Below, piece after piece: positions 27,110-41,600 of a stretch of 64,000 nt of DNA. The translations under genes and the position numbers were made by a program. The DNA comes from Takakia lepidozioides (lineage: Eukaryota > Plantae > Bryophyta), in contig CM060733.1 in NCBI GenBank assembly GCA_030704615.1, positions 18,724,001 through 18,788,000 on the forward strand, written 5' to 3'. The notes beneath the pieces were generated by a model. It had not been told where the DNA came from. It saw only the letters and a list, made by a program, of their open reading frames with translations, and made no database searches. The stretch's first letter is position 1. Each line of letters starts with the position of its first letter.

Positions 27110-27580
27110 AGGGAGAACCCTGCCTCCTCCAACATTGCAATCTCTTGACTTGTGAGATGTGTCCCTACCTTGACTGGCCAAACGGTCGGTGGAGGAGGCT
27201 TCATGACCACTGATGGTCGCACGGTCCCACGCATGCACCTACCACAGTCGTCAGCGCGGAACCGGAATTTATGGTTTTTCGCCTCTGGCTGCCCATAAGG
27301 CTGGAACAAACCGTTGAAGGTCTGTGCTGGAGTGCAGGCACTGCCTCTGGATATGAAGGACTTGCACTTCTCACGATTGGTGGCTCTGATTGCGGAGCAC
27401 TTCATTCGAGACCCAGCTCTCGTGCGTTCTATATGCCACACTTCGTCGGAGCAGGTGGATTCCACCACAGGCGAGAGCAAGTTCGACTCATTGAGAGTGG
27501 GAGATGTTGGCGTACTTTGTGAGAAACGTTGCTCCGCACTGGAATCTGGACTAAAGTTTGGTCCAGAAATAAGGAGAAAT
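27060..27580 (-). pseudogene. Cys-containing domain (WHI.R..C..C..DDC.RC..WPVKVGT.LT..E...L..AGF) convergent with the transposase
   Basis: First ~140 aa of ORF 26557-27480 look like real coding sequence; the rest is antisense shadow of the transposase. Confidence 0.5.
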
Positions 27581-27795
27581 ATCTGAATATGTATTTTTTA
27601 AATCATTTAAATGAATTTAAATGGATCATTTTAAATATAAATATAAATATATAAATAATTGTTTGTCTATTAATATATAATATGAGCAATAAAGAAACAT
27701 TATGTATAAACTTCAGGAGAAAAAGCAGTTTATATTTGGCTCATAAAGCAAGTTCCATTGTTCACTCGACGTTTAGTAAGAGTTGAATGAGATAC

Positions 27796-28015
27796 CAACA
27801 GTCAGTAGCTCAGTTGGTGAAGTGCACTGAGTGCCACCAAGATGATGATGGGGTCAAATCTTGCTACTGACGAGTGTGGATGTTCCTGGGTGGTGTCCCA
27901 TTCCAACGCCACATGGCGGGGTTACTGTGAAAGAGGTTATACTATTAAGGGGGCCTGATTTGCGAGCTGTCGTTCCCAGGTGTTTCCATTACATTAAAAA
28001 AAAAAAAAAAAAAAA
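27796..28015 (+). mobile_element. tRNA-derived SINE, copy 1
   Basis: A box tagctcagttgg, B-box-like ggtcaaatc, 20-nt poly(A); homologous to 49981-50210. Confidence 0.85.
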
Positions 28016-28379
28016 CGGGTGTCGGGTGATAACTCGTCTCATGATCTGCGGCCTGATGGATGATTGGAGCACCAGTCATATTCGTAACCGCGACTGAGAT
28101 TACAAAGGCCGTTACTATGTAACGTACAAGACAAATCAATCAAATATGTAAGCAAAACATGGCACAATGACACAATACCATGAAATGAAATGAAAGACAA
28201 TGGGGAGACATTGATGATAAACAACCAGGTTTTATTTCAGAACCATGTCAATTTGAGTAAGTCTCGCCCCATGCGGCATAGACCAATACAAGTAACGTAA
28301 ACCATGTCAATGAGAGTATCAACTTCTAGAAGGAGGGTTGAACTCCGTTAGCACAAGACGATGTCGGCCGACGTACTTA

Positions 28380-29600
28380 TGATGAGAATATTTTGAGGAA
28401 AGTCATTTCCCAAAATCACGATATTTTGACAAGGTTGGAGGGACCATTTTCAAATCTGTATTCTTCCGTTGTTCCGAAGGTTGATGGAAGAAGTACATGA
28501 AATGTTGTCTCGAGAATCGTTGATATGGTGATGACCTCACAAAAAATATCCTCCAATATTACGCCAACCAACAATGTCTTGTGCGACTGAAGTTCAGCTG
28601 TACTTCTCGAAGAATTGGTGGTCTTGCAGACTTTCAGTGAATTGCGAAGATGATGAATTATTCGTATGCTCTTCAAAACATAATGTCCAAGTAACTGACC
28701 CTGGAGTAAGATGCTGAAAATATCCAATTGGGAAGTAAGTATGTTGCTTGTATGCTTCTAGAGAGTGGCTCGGTGGCGAATACGTTGATGGAGAGAGTGA
28801 CGTTTTCAGCAAAATCTTCAAGGAAATAGTGTCGGGTGACCAGTCGAGGTTCATCTGTGACGGGCTGTGGTACTTCTGACAATTTACTGTAAAGCACTCA
28901 TAAACTGATCACCAACTAAATAATCTCTAACTGACTAACCACCACATAACTTATTGGAGCTGTCACAAACAATGTCAAAAATCCTATTTACTGCTAGGTA
29001 TTTGATGCTATTGTTGTTCCTGTAGCTGAATTGTATAACAATCGTTTTGCTATTTCCATGCGACGGTATCAGATCCCCAGAGACTGTCATATTCAGACTC
29101 CCGTATCAGCCACGGCCCACCATCATTGACCAATATAAAACCATCAGCTGCATGTCAGCTGACAACCAGATCTTCGATTCATTGTATGCGACTCCAGAGA
29201 AACACCCTAGCCCACAAGTAGTTGGCCAGCAGCTTGAGATATTTCTCCGGGCTGTGATTGAATGAACTGGAGATTTCATTCTTAGCTGATGGTTTCATGT
29301 AGGTGGTGCCTGATTCCAATTTCGGAATATGGCAGTCTCAGTGGACCTGATATTGTTGGAATGGGAATAGCAAAAAGACTCCTATAGAAATCAGCTACAT
29401 GAACATACGTAATATCAAGCACCTTGAAGTACATATGATTGTTGAGATTGTTTGCACAGATTGTTAGCGACGGTGTTCCTCCTTTGGCGTCCAGTCCACA
29501 TGAAAATGACGAGAATGTTGCTGGAGATTGACGTTCAATTGCTGACATTCTGCCTCCTCGTAACACCATTTTGGTATGCAATGATGGACATCAGAACAGG
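28380..29600 (-). pseudogene. Degenerate multi-exon coding sequence of unknown family (gene C)
   Basis: Run of overlapping minus-strand ORF fragments with plausible splice sites; no recognised motif. Confidence 0.35.
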
Positions 29601-29616
29601 TCAGCTCTTAGAAAAG

Positions 29617-32600
29617 CACGCGTGATCGCGCGATGTTAATCGTTGCTGTTCCTCAAAAGAATAATGGATCTCCAAACGAAGGATATAGGAACCAAATAAA
29701 ACACAAAGAGGATGCTGTCAATTGTTGGAGATCGGATTATGCAAGCAGGGAGAAAGACTTCAAACAACTTAAAGACTAGGATTATAAGATACTTGAACAA
29801 TCCGCCAGGGAACAAGTGACACCATCAGCCTCGATGATTTGAGTGCGTGTTCTAAAACAAATCAATGAATCATCCAGGATGATGGTGTGAAATATTCCGG
29901 GACGGATTATCCGAATACCTTGAGTTCCCTCGTTGTAACTGACATGAAGTAACTCCCTATGCCTGCAGAATCATCACATCTTCAAATGACAACATTTTCG
30001 TTGTTGAATTCGTGAGCATAGAAAAAACATCACTCCGACCAATCACATGTGGCATTGTTGAGGTAATATAACACTTTGGCAGTCGGCTGGAGAACCATGA
30101 CGATGCTGAAGTCCGCTTTTCGAACCACGAGTGATCGCGCGACAGATCTCTGCCTCTACCACCATTGAGAACCATAACAAGCCGAGTGCATCCAGATTTC
30201 AATCAACCACAATGGTGCCATCAGTTGGACAGGGAAGGAATTTCGAAGCTGCCAAAATTACTTCAATCCATTTGAAGAGAGATTTTAACAAAGCTTCACA
30301 ATCCGGTCAGGAACAAATGAGACGACCATCGTGGGAGCTTGAATTACGAGATAGGAACCCGAATTCAGTCATAGACGATGATCATGTCACTTGTTCCCCT
30401 TCGTAATATGAAAACATCGGAAAATTTCTTCTCCTCCAACCTCCTCCAGCCTCCAGCCTCCAGCCTCCAGCCTGATCTGTTATTGCTTAAACTGACAATG
30501 AAGTCAACTTGTTTTGATACATATGATGGCACTGCTGATCCATGATAGCTCCACAAGAGGATATATGAAGGAACCACGCGCGATCACGCGTGATTTCTCT
30601 CAAACTTCGATGACTAACATTACAGCCGAAAGAATCTGGCATAACATTGACAGAGTTAAATAACGTATGTGTGTAATGAACAGGCCGGCCATAGTTTAAT
30701 TCATCAATAACACAGAGTTGCTTCCCAAACGGCTCACACTCAACACATATGTTCGAGATCGCCGTTGGTTACCACTGATGGCGGAATTCTGTGCACCCGA
30801 GGAGATGGATACAGTGGGAGATTGATGTAAGATATGACCAGACACCTCACCGGTAGCTGTACTTGATGACCTTGACAAATGTAAAGCCTCACAGTCCCTT
30901 CGCTCAGCCTTATGCTGCCGTTTCTCTTTCTTCTCCTGTCGAATTTGATTGTGAACTTGACACTGGAATATAACTGTGTGGAGGCAGCACAGAAGGGAAT
31001 TGTTAAAGAAAATACAAAGATCATTGAAATATCATTGATCTCACAAAAGTCATGTGAAGTCAACAAACGAAAAAGTACAAATGCAGGTTGAAGTAAAGCT
31101 GATGGACTACACACAAAATAGAGCAATAATAAACTACGTACCCAGATAATCGGGATCTTTTTGAGGGGGGTGCCAAACAGAAGCATCAATAAATCTTCCA
31201 AACCAGGACCAGTAGACGTGATTTCGACCTATCGGAGGGCAGGAAGATTTGCAGGAGTTCTTGCCGACGTAATCAACAACAGACTGGGCTCCAATCAAGC
31301 CCGAGAGAAAAGGCCACAAAGCTTTGGTGAGGTCAACCAAATCCTCCAAATTGCTTAATTCCTTGAATGTGATGGGGAAGACTGCAGTATTCACTGGGTT
31401 CCGGAGTGCCTTGGAAGGGTCATCGTCGACCAGTAGAATTTGCCCCTACCTAGCAAAGTCTTTCCCACTAAATTTTACGAGAATACTCTTAATACCTTTA
31501 ATAAGATATTTCATTCCAGGCTTAATATGTCCAACTGTATATGTGCAATGCTCGGCAGACCATATGAAACGAGATTGTTTCATAATTTCCGGAGAAACGA
31601 AACACCCCAACATCTTGAATACAGTATCCCTCTCAGAGCAAGACCAAATCGCTACATGAAAATGAGTCAATGCAAGTCGAAGAAACTCCAGCACTCCAGG
31701 TCTTGGAACTACAAACGGTCTTGCGGGCACCCGAATTGTTACTTTCCTCAAGTGGAACCTCTATTTAAACAACTCACCTCCGGTAGGAGGTGGCCTGTAG
31801 CAAAGAAGTCCATTGACACTCAGTACCAGCAACATGCGTTTGTGTTTCCGGACACCACACATTTCTTGAGTAACAACGTTCTGAACCATCCAAAAGAGCC
31901 CATTAGTTTCTGTTATCTGACCCAGAAATTAGGCATTTCCAATACATTTTGCAACTCAAAAAATGCCATGACATACTCGTTTTGTGGTTTACCTCGTTTC
32001 TATACCCTGATTTTCAAATGGAATATTTTGCTAAGGTAATATTTTCAGCATTACGACATTGAATTGAGACAAAAAATCACACTCGGGAGTCTCTAAGTTT
32101 CCTGCAACCACGCGCGATCGCGCGAGGTTACTTTGTGAAAGTTGTGTCGACAATGTAAATGATATATGTAATGATTACTAAGAAGCCATAACCAATAAGA
32201 CAGAGGACCAAGTGAAGGAGATACTTATTACCTTTGCTAGATTTACCATCCGATTCTGAGGCGGGTTACCACTGGAGGCAGGTGAATGTTGAAGGGATAA
32301 CAGAACGCCAGATGCTGTTTTTTCATCGTCGGACACGACCGACTGTTGTGATCTGCGACGTTTCCTTGACACAGGACCATCCGGAATTCGGGGGGGTTGG
32401 GGATGTGCAGAAATATTTGCCGGTCTTGTCGGTGTGCTGACCTCAGTCGGCGAATGAGTGAGTTCAATAACCTTCTCGCTGACGGTTGGCAATGGAATTC
32501 GGTTTCTTTCTTTATGCATATCCTGAACCGAATTCAAACGGAAAAAAAAATGATTACCTTGGAATACAACCCCACAGAAGTTGCCGCTTCATAGGAAGGT

Positions 32601-35600
32601 CATACGTTGCAGCTTTTCTGGCCTGGAGTAAAGTGAGAAAATCAGAGGATGAACAGAAACACGGTAACAATAAAACGCATGGATGAAATAGAAATAAATC
32701 ACCTGACTTCTCAGCAGCTGAGGTGTCCAGCCCTCGTGATCCGGTGACCCACTTGGAATTACGACATGATGAGGAGGCAGTTGAGCGATAGTTGCAACCA
32801 ATTGTTCAGTAGACTCATGTAGATCCCCCGTGAAGGCGTCTCGTGGAAAGTGTTGGGAGAAGGACAGTTCCAAGGAGGATTCCCCAAGATATTGAGAGTC
32901 GCTCTCCATTATGCAACCAACCCCAATTAAATCATCGACCCTGCTAACTGTGGATTCACCTTTTGACATTTTGAGCCTCGAAACACTCTCCATAACAGCA
33001 ATGGATGCCTGAGTAGACAACAAGTTGTCAGGTCCTTGGAAAGCTTCTGGCCTGATCATTGCTACATCGTCAACAATACCAGACGATGTTGTTTCGCCAA
33101 TTTGAGATGCATTTGTGGCATGGAGAACATTTTGATATGTGCATACCTGCAAATGAAATATATGTCAACAAAGTTGAGTTGGAAGAACGCGTGACCACGC
33201 GTGGGTTTGAAAAGAAATCGACGGACATAAAGTAACAACAAATCCATTGACCGTTACATATGGTTTGGCAATATAACAATTTCCATGCAAAGCAAAAGAA
33301 TATCAGAAGAAGACTGAAATTCCATGTTCTTCACAATCAATTTTAAATAGTAAACTACGTCCACAGTAGGACGCGAATATTTACTTATCATTTACTCGGA
33401 AATCACGATATTGTGAATTGTCAATATAGTCAAGAAGAGGCTTGAACTGTGGATCATTAACTTTCAAAGGTGGAAATCCTATTCTCCTTGCTTTCAAGAA
33501 GCTTGAGACTTTCTCAAATTTCAAGAAGCTAAACAAGAAATCTCTAAGTTTGAGAAGGAAGAAATTGTCGACGTCGATGTTCTCAAAAGACTTGAGAAGA
33601 AGACAAGATTCAGGAGGGTTCAGCAAACACTTCAAAACCGTATCATCAATCAGCAGAGTGTTACTCTGATTGTAAAAACCTTCAGAACTCTGTCATACTT
33701 TAAGGAGTGGTTTCAAGAACACAGGAGGTTGATCTTGTCCCGTTTGGTAATTTGGGTGCAGATTGCTTGGGCAAATGATACAATCCTCCTGCGACATGAT
33801 GAATGCTAGCCGTGGAAGACCACGTAGGAGCAAATCCGGAACGGTAGTTAAGTTTTTAAGCACCATGCAGCTCCAGATACCTAAAACGAAGTGCTTGTGC
33901 AACTCTTGCCAAACTTCCCGATACATCTTCCGTCTAAAGTTTTGCCAATACCCAACAATAGCAGGAATGTTGTAATCAAATTCCGAAAAGCGTGGAGCAG
34001 GTCCTGGGCTCTGGCGCTTCGTTATTTTGCATAACACTCCATTAATGTCAAAAATTATCAAGCGAGGTCCCTTCAAAGGTGGAGATCTAGGCTGTCGGAT
34101 CTGTAAAGGAGTGATAAAGACAATTAAGTAAATCAAGAAAAGAAGAATCCCAAGAACATATAAGGAACTCAATGACCTCAAAATCCCAATACATTTTCAA
34201 AACTAGTCATTTTAATATCCCATGTTCCACTTCCAGGGCCTCTAGGTACTTTAGATGTGCATCCCATTCCTCCTTGTTCTTAGGCCATGGAAAGTCCCAG
34301 CGATTAATGAATTTCACTCTAGCATCCTTAAAGTAGATATCCTTAGGTATTCCAAAAGGGTTCTGCTCATTGAAGGCCCAAGTGTCCATTTTTTAATGCT
34401 TCAACTTCTCCAGGTGGGGCTTCAGGTGAAAAATCATCCTTGTATGGATCTACAAGTGCTTCGTATTTAGGTAGGAAGATGACCAGGCTCAAAGGATTGA
34501 GGAAAGACTTGTACATGTTCCCAACGACGTCGATAAGCAGGGTGTTAGACCTCTAGGCTTTACAGTCGGGGTCTACGAACAAGTCGTAAAGTCGTTTGAA
34601 GTAGATTAGGGCCTTAGGTAGCGTAGGCCAATATGTGTTGAAAGTAAGTCTATGTTCCACACATTGGTCGGAACTGTAATGCATGACCTTGTGGGCGTTC
34701 CTCCCGAACAAGGCTGATTTGAAATCCACGACAGTCTCTTCTTTGCTAGTGTTCCATAAGATGACCCAAAACTTCTTGACGACCCATTTGAGGAAGTCTC
34801 CCACCTCATGTCGCATTGCTAACTTAAATCTTCCAGTGGAGATACAAGGCTGAGTTGCGGGAGGGGTTTTTGGCCCATTCTGGAGGTACACCTCACATAG
34901 GAACCCGACATCCAGAACCATGACATAATATCCGGGCTGACATCCATTTGGACCCATTGGAAGAGCAATTAAATCCGTGGGTTGGACAGTTTGGGAATAG
35001 TCGTGTGGTGGATAGATCATATCATCCTGCCCATTAGGAAATAATTATTAATTCATTGGAATTGTTTCGCAATGGAATGCATAAAGAAAAGCAGAAGGCA
35101 GAGTATGAAATACCAGCTTTGGCGGCACTTGCCTGGCACCTTGGGCGACGATATCCTCACTCTGAAGTCGTATTGTTTCTTCATTGTACGCTGTTGTGTG
35201 TCGTTTATTTTGGTATGAGTCACTTCCTCCGTATTGGACTCACGGATCTACAGAAAATGCGAATGATTAGACTTTCGTATAAATTTCGATTCATTTACGA
35301 GACTATCACTGTGCAATAGGTTAATAGTTCCATTGATAAAAGATTCTGATGTTATATCAAGTTTGTTATAAAATTGGGCTTTACAAGTGTCAGGACAGCT
35401 CATAATCTGCAATACTCACTTCAACAGAGTTTTGATCACCGACCAATGCCCTAGAAGCCTCCAAAAACGTTCACAGCCGCCATCCCTTCACCACAGAACA
35501 AGGACGCAATGTAGTCGCTCGACTCTGCCCGCAATTCGTGTTCATAAGCGGCGCAGTATTTCTCGTGTTCCGTGAGCTCAGTGTCCGGAGCCTTAATCAC

Positions 35601-38600
35601 TGGTTTAATGGGGGTTGAACATCAGCACTCCCTGCAGGTGCTCCTCATGGTTCTCAATCTGGGCAGCCGTAGCAGGAAATACGTAATCAAGGCACATGAG
35701 AGGCATTGAAAATGGCTTTGGCCGGTTCATGTAAGGATTGTCGAACTCTCCAGGAAGATACAACCCCTGAAGCAGAATATATTTGTCCCGCCCCTCGTCA
35801 AACCTTATGTTCGAGACGAGATTGGAAGAGGACCTCTACGTCGAGAAGAAAACAAATACATTGGGGCTCAGCTGCTGTTCGAAGAACGCATCAAAAATAT
35901 TCTTGTAATTTCTTTGCATGAAAATAGTCGAGTCAGCGTCACAGACTGTGTTGACGAACACCATTGCGATGTTATCGAAATCCCTCTTTCTCACAATTTT
36001 CAACTATGTTTTGGCATCCGTGAACCTCCGCTTCCCTCCAATGCACTAGTAATGTGACTTGAATGTATCCTTGAGGTTGCCCATTTCCTTCTCCATGTCT
36101 TCAACCCTTTTCTTGCATGAAAGCACGTATTTGATGAAAGCGTCACTCACTTTCTCGGTCTTCATGTTCATGTTCACTTTGTTTTTCATGTATTTGGCCC
36201 CCAGTTTCGATCGGAATGTCTCGAACTCCGACTTGTTGAACTTGTACCTTTTCTTCACTTCGAGCCATTCTGCTTTTGTGTACGGTTCTGGATGTTGCTT
36301 GCTCCTGGCATCATATCCCAATGCCACCATAACATCATCGATAATAAACCGCATGTCGGTTATTCGATCGATGTAATCGGACAGGCAGAGAATCTTGGGG
36401 TCCCCGGTCTTTTCCTTTGTAAGGACCACGAACGCAGATCTTCAAGTCCAAAATCTTTTGCGCAACCTTCTTCATTTGAAGGGGGTTCAATCCCTGGAGT
36501 TTGCAAACTGCAGATTTTGTTAGCTGCGATTGTACACCTTTATGCTTCTTTCCGTTAATGTCCAAGAGGTTCCCCTTCTCCCACTCTCTGAAAACCTCCT
36601 GCCACTTCTCCCAAACATCGTCATCGCAAAGGGCCAAGGTCATGGCCTCCTTAACGCTAAGCATCTCCAATATAAGTTGTGAGGCTTGCAAAAATTCCTG
36701 GTCAACAGGAACAACATGTCAGGCCAACACACAACAGGGACAAACAGTTCTACTGAATGAACAACAAAACATTAAACAATAAAGGAAGTCCGAATAATTA
36801 CCTTCCACTGAACGGTTTCAGATTTGGAAACGTTATCGTTGAATTTCCTGGGCTTCTCTTTCAACTCATAGTACATCCTTGCGTCGGGATGTTTCGTATC
36901 TAGAACCCACAACTGGTACAGACGGGCTTTGACTTCATCTTTGTGATTAATATTCAGCGGACGATATACCATGCTTCTTGGAGCAAGTTCCATCCTTGAG
37001 ATGTCAATTGAGATTATGTGGTTGAACCCAAAAGGGAACATGTCTTTGTAGTCATTCTGCAGACTTTGATTCATCGCCTCGCATTTCTTCTTGTCAAAAA
37101 TCTCGCCAGGTTTTGGCTTCTTGTTGTCATTCATAAATACAATATCGAACTCTTCTTTCTTTTTCTTTTTGCCGGCTGGCTGCTCCTCTTCATTCTCAAT
37201 CTGAGAGGATCCTGCCGTGGACTTCCGTTTCCCTTTACCCTTTGCCCCCTTTGCTGCCTCATCGTCTCGTTGTTTTCTGTTATGTTTCCCTGTGCATGGA
37301 GTACATCTTGGAAAATGCTCCAAGCTCGTACGAATCCCTGAGCAGTCAGGGCTGCACCACCTTCAGGGAAAGTGAATCCCATCTTTACAGCTGGTTTCCA
37401 TTGCCTTGCGAACGCGACGAGATTACAAAGAAAAGCCAAACGTCTTCTTCGCTCTACCATCCTCCAATATGAAAACCACCATCATTGGATTCTACACGTC
37501 GGACTCCATCTCAACATCTTTAACGTAGCCATAATTAAGCTCCTTCACCTCCGCTCCAATCTTGAAGGAAAACTTCAGTTGGTGGTTAGGAGGTACACCC
37601 ACATGATTTATTCCCCACTCGGATATCGCCTGGTTAAGAGTATACAAAGCTACGTGGTCTATGCTGAAGTTTGGCGATTTTGGTGAGATGAACTCCCCAC
37701 ATATCTCCTTGCATACGCCAACCAAGCAATCCGCCGGTATATTTGACTGACGACTGAACATGAAGCACAACATTATGTTATCTGGATTAGATATCTCATG
37801 GCATTATTTCAGGATTGAGAGTAAAGGCCGAAGATTGAGACAAATCATAATGTTACGGATGTCAGGCCAATATACAAATGGGAATCCCACTGGGAAGATA
37901 TGGAATTGAAAGAAACTAACATACAATTAAGCTGGAATAGGGGACATTCAATTGTGACTGCAATATGGAATAAATGGAATGGACTAAATCAATGTTACAA
38001 TTGAACTGGAAATCTGAAAAGCTGCAGATCATTATATTGGTTTCAAAAATCGTGAAGAATACTTTATCATTCAACAGTGAAGAACAAAAACGGAGACATC
38101 GTTGACGTTTAAATGTACAATCATATATGTCTGCCTAAAACTGAGATGAAGGACTATATCATGGTGATTCAGGACACCCCCAGAAAGTGATCCTACTGAT
38201 TATTGTGGGTATTCGATGGAACCACGTTGAAATTCTGAACTGGTTCAAGTACACTCCTGAGAGCCCGTGAAGAATCAATCTATTTTTGATGATGCCGAAT
38301 GGTCGGAACATATAGTTGACGTAGGTGTGTACTGTGCCAAAAATGAGGCCAATGCAGCCGACTTGGGTCTGAGGTGGCTAAAGTATCCTATTGGTGAGTA
38401 TTCTGGGGATCCCGGAGTATACCCTGGTGATGAGGGTGTATACTTTGGGGATGCCGGAGTGTACTCTGGGGTTGAGGGAGTGTACTCTGGGGTTGAGGGG
38501 TTGATTCCGCCGATACTTCAGCTACAGGATCTTCGGAAGACCCTCCACAATATTGTTCTAGAAAAGAACTTAAAGCTGCTGACCCGGGAGGAACGTCGCA

Positions 38601-41600
38601 AAAATATCCTATTGGTGAATAACTGTCATGATCGTCTGATTCAGGGGAGTAGGTGTCAGGCTCCTCTGTGGATGGAATTGTAGAAACTGGAGATGATATA
38701 ACATGATCTCCTTCGGAAGGTCCCGTCATAATAACCGCAGCTCCGCATTCACCTTGTGAGGAGGGTGAAAGCGTTGCCTTGTGTGCGGTATGTTCCATCT
38801 CCTTCTCCTCCTTCATCGAACACGAATCCACCACACTGGAAGAATCATCAAGAACTCGTGCTCAGATACAGAATGTACAGAAAGAGACACTCGAAGAACG
38901 CGCGATCGCGCGTATTTGGTCCACAATTTTCCCTCCATTAACGTAAAATCCGATTATAAGCAACAACGATGTTGCTAAGCATGGCGAACAAAATCCATAT
39001 ACATGACTTTGTTCTTTCAGTCATATAAGAGTATCCTGACATCTATTATCCCAAGAAAATTCTTCTGAGCTGTAGCAACATTAGAATCGCGCGCGATCGC
39101 GCGTTATTGAGTTGATGACACCACACAGATGAACTAATTTCATCCCACTGCGAGAAGTCTAGTGGAAGGACTATTAAAGTACATTGAGAACATTGAGGAT
39201 TATCTAGCTGGAAGTCGTTTTTATTATATTTAGAATAAGACTGAAACGAAGAAGTCAAATACGCACTGTTGCGCAAAGTTCAATAATTGCATAATCCTTA
39301 AAATTGCAAACTATGAGTTTACTGTCGTACTAATGAATGATTTCTTCGACCACTTACAGTTTTCTTAGACATCACATCTTCACTGTCCAATTCGAATGAG
39401 TGCTCGATATAATCGATGAACAACCTAAACGATGTTGACGACAAGTATTATGTCAAAGTGCCCTGGACTTTTGGATTGATATTTGGATACTATAGTATAC
39501 TATTGTGTCCACACTGCACACCTCCGCCCATCATAAATAAGAGTGACAAAGCCACCACATATAGGAATTATCATACTCTGTGTGCATGGCAAGACAGATA
39601 AACTGCGACGGAAGATTTTAGTTGACATTATATAATGTGAACTAATGTCTTCCGAAACACTTTACGATTTTGAGTATGCACTCAGACATATCCTCATATG
39701 TGTCATCTAATCATCTGGGTATCAATGGTGTTGTTGTGGTCGATAGAATATAAGTACCAACCAATTGAAGCACGCGCGATTGCGTGTGCTTCTTCAGGGC
39801 ATTCTTGGGCATCACATCTTCAATTTCTCAACGAATGCAGTTCACTACTGAGTCAAATTCGCGCGATTGCACAACGATCAATTATTGCATAATCCTTTTA
39901 ATTGAAAACAATGAGTTTATTGTCCTACTAATGAATGATTTCTTCGACCCAGTTGGGTATTACCTATTGTTGGTTAGTGCTCCTGTAGGTGACGACTTTT
40001 ACTGAATGAAGCACGGGCGATCGCGCGTGCTTCGTTCAGATCATTCCCTTGATGAAAGTGCTTATTGGCCTTGCTCCAAGTCCTAACTAAACCATGTTCC
40101 GCAATACTATAACTGAAATAAACACAGGCGATCGCGCGAGGTTTCTCTACGGCTTACAAAATCACTAGGAATCCCTACTTCGAGAGGCACGTAATGCAGA
40201 TCATGGAAATAATGTGCATAACTGAATCGAGCTAAAATCATAGTTTGGTATCCAGACCTGTACATCGTAAAATGATTTCACGCGCGATCGCGCGTGAATG
40301 GACTATGTCATGGTACCTATAATGAGGCCTACACCCTAGGATGCAAACCCTAAACAGTTGCCAGCTGTACCTACGAACCCTATGTAATCGGAATTTCTCA
40401 TGTCTCGAATCCGGAGTCGTTCCTCAAGGAAAGCATACATATCCCGAAATCTTCTACAATTCCCAATCCTTCTATCGACCATCCTACCTCTTTAACTCTG
40501 GAATCAATCCAAAAATCAAAACAGACAATCAAAACAATCAAAACAAGCAAACAATCAAGCATGCAATTTCTACCTTCCTGCAATTTCTGCAGCCCACAGA
40601 AGAATCCCTCACTGCATGCATATGTGGGTAACGAGAAAAACTTTACCTGCTTGATGCCATTTCAGGCAAGGATCCTCCCTGCAGGGTTGGGTGAGCTCTC
40701 TCGCTCGGGTGCGCACAACAGCTTCCGGGATAGCGTAGTCTGTTGTTTTGCCCTCCTTTCACTCTGTCACACTCCCCCACACACACTGAATTGCTCAAAC
40801 CCACACTCACTCCAACTCATGCTCCCTCGATCTCTCACTCTCTCGCTTACTTGATCTCCACCTCTCTGCCTCTCTCGCTCAGCCGCTCTCTCTCGCACCT
40901 CTTCCTTGAGTCCAAAATTGAACAGGGCTTCCGCGTGTATCAAATGAATGCAAAAGGAGACTCTTTGTGGTCACTCCTCCTTATATGCCTTACCACCTGT
41001 GATCTCAACCGTCGGCGTTATGTCACATCCTACGGTTTGTGGCCTCGATGCATGGATGAATGTAAGGCGGGATGTTTCCCAACAATTCGTTGACGACCCC
41101 TAAATTTATGATGGTACAATCAATGATGTGACATGACTGTCAGTAATGAATGGACTCCACTAGTTTGTCCAGAGCGTTACGGCGCGGCAATCCGACGTCT
41201 TCCATAAAGTGAACACCCTGGAATTATTGCGGGTTCCCGTGACGGCGCTCATCCATGAGGGGAGTTGAATCATCCACTAGGGCAGTCATCTCATCCAGTA
41301 TACGTCTGTTTCATCCGCGAAGACTCTTATTTCATCCAATGATAAAATATTATCATAGGTTCAATAATGAGGTGTCGGGACGTGCATCTGGGATTTGATC
41401 GGTCTCACGTTTTCTCTACCTACACTTCATCTACGGCCCCATGTTCATTGCGGCTACTTAATGTCACCTTGCCATAGATGGCCGCCGGCTCATCACAATG
41501 GCCTTAAGAGGCGGCCACTTTCGTCGCCGACTATTCCTTCTCTTGTATCATTAATTCAACATTGGGTTTGTTGCTTCTCTGGTGCTTTGGATGTCAGATT

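Noticed and set aside
27796-27875. Functional tRNA gene
   Set aside because: No proper cloverleaf; followed by an unrelated body and poly(A), with a second dispersed copy, so a SINE
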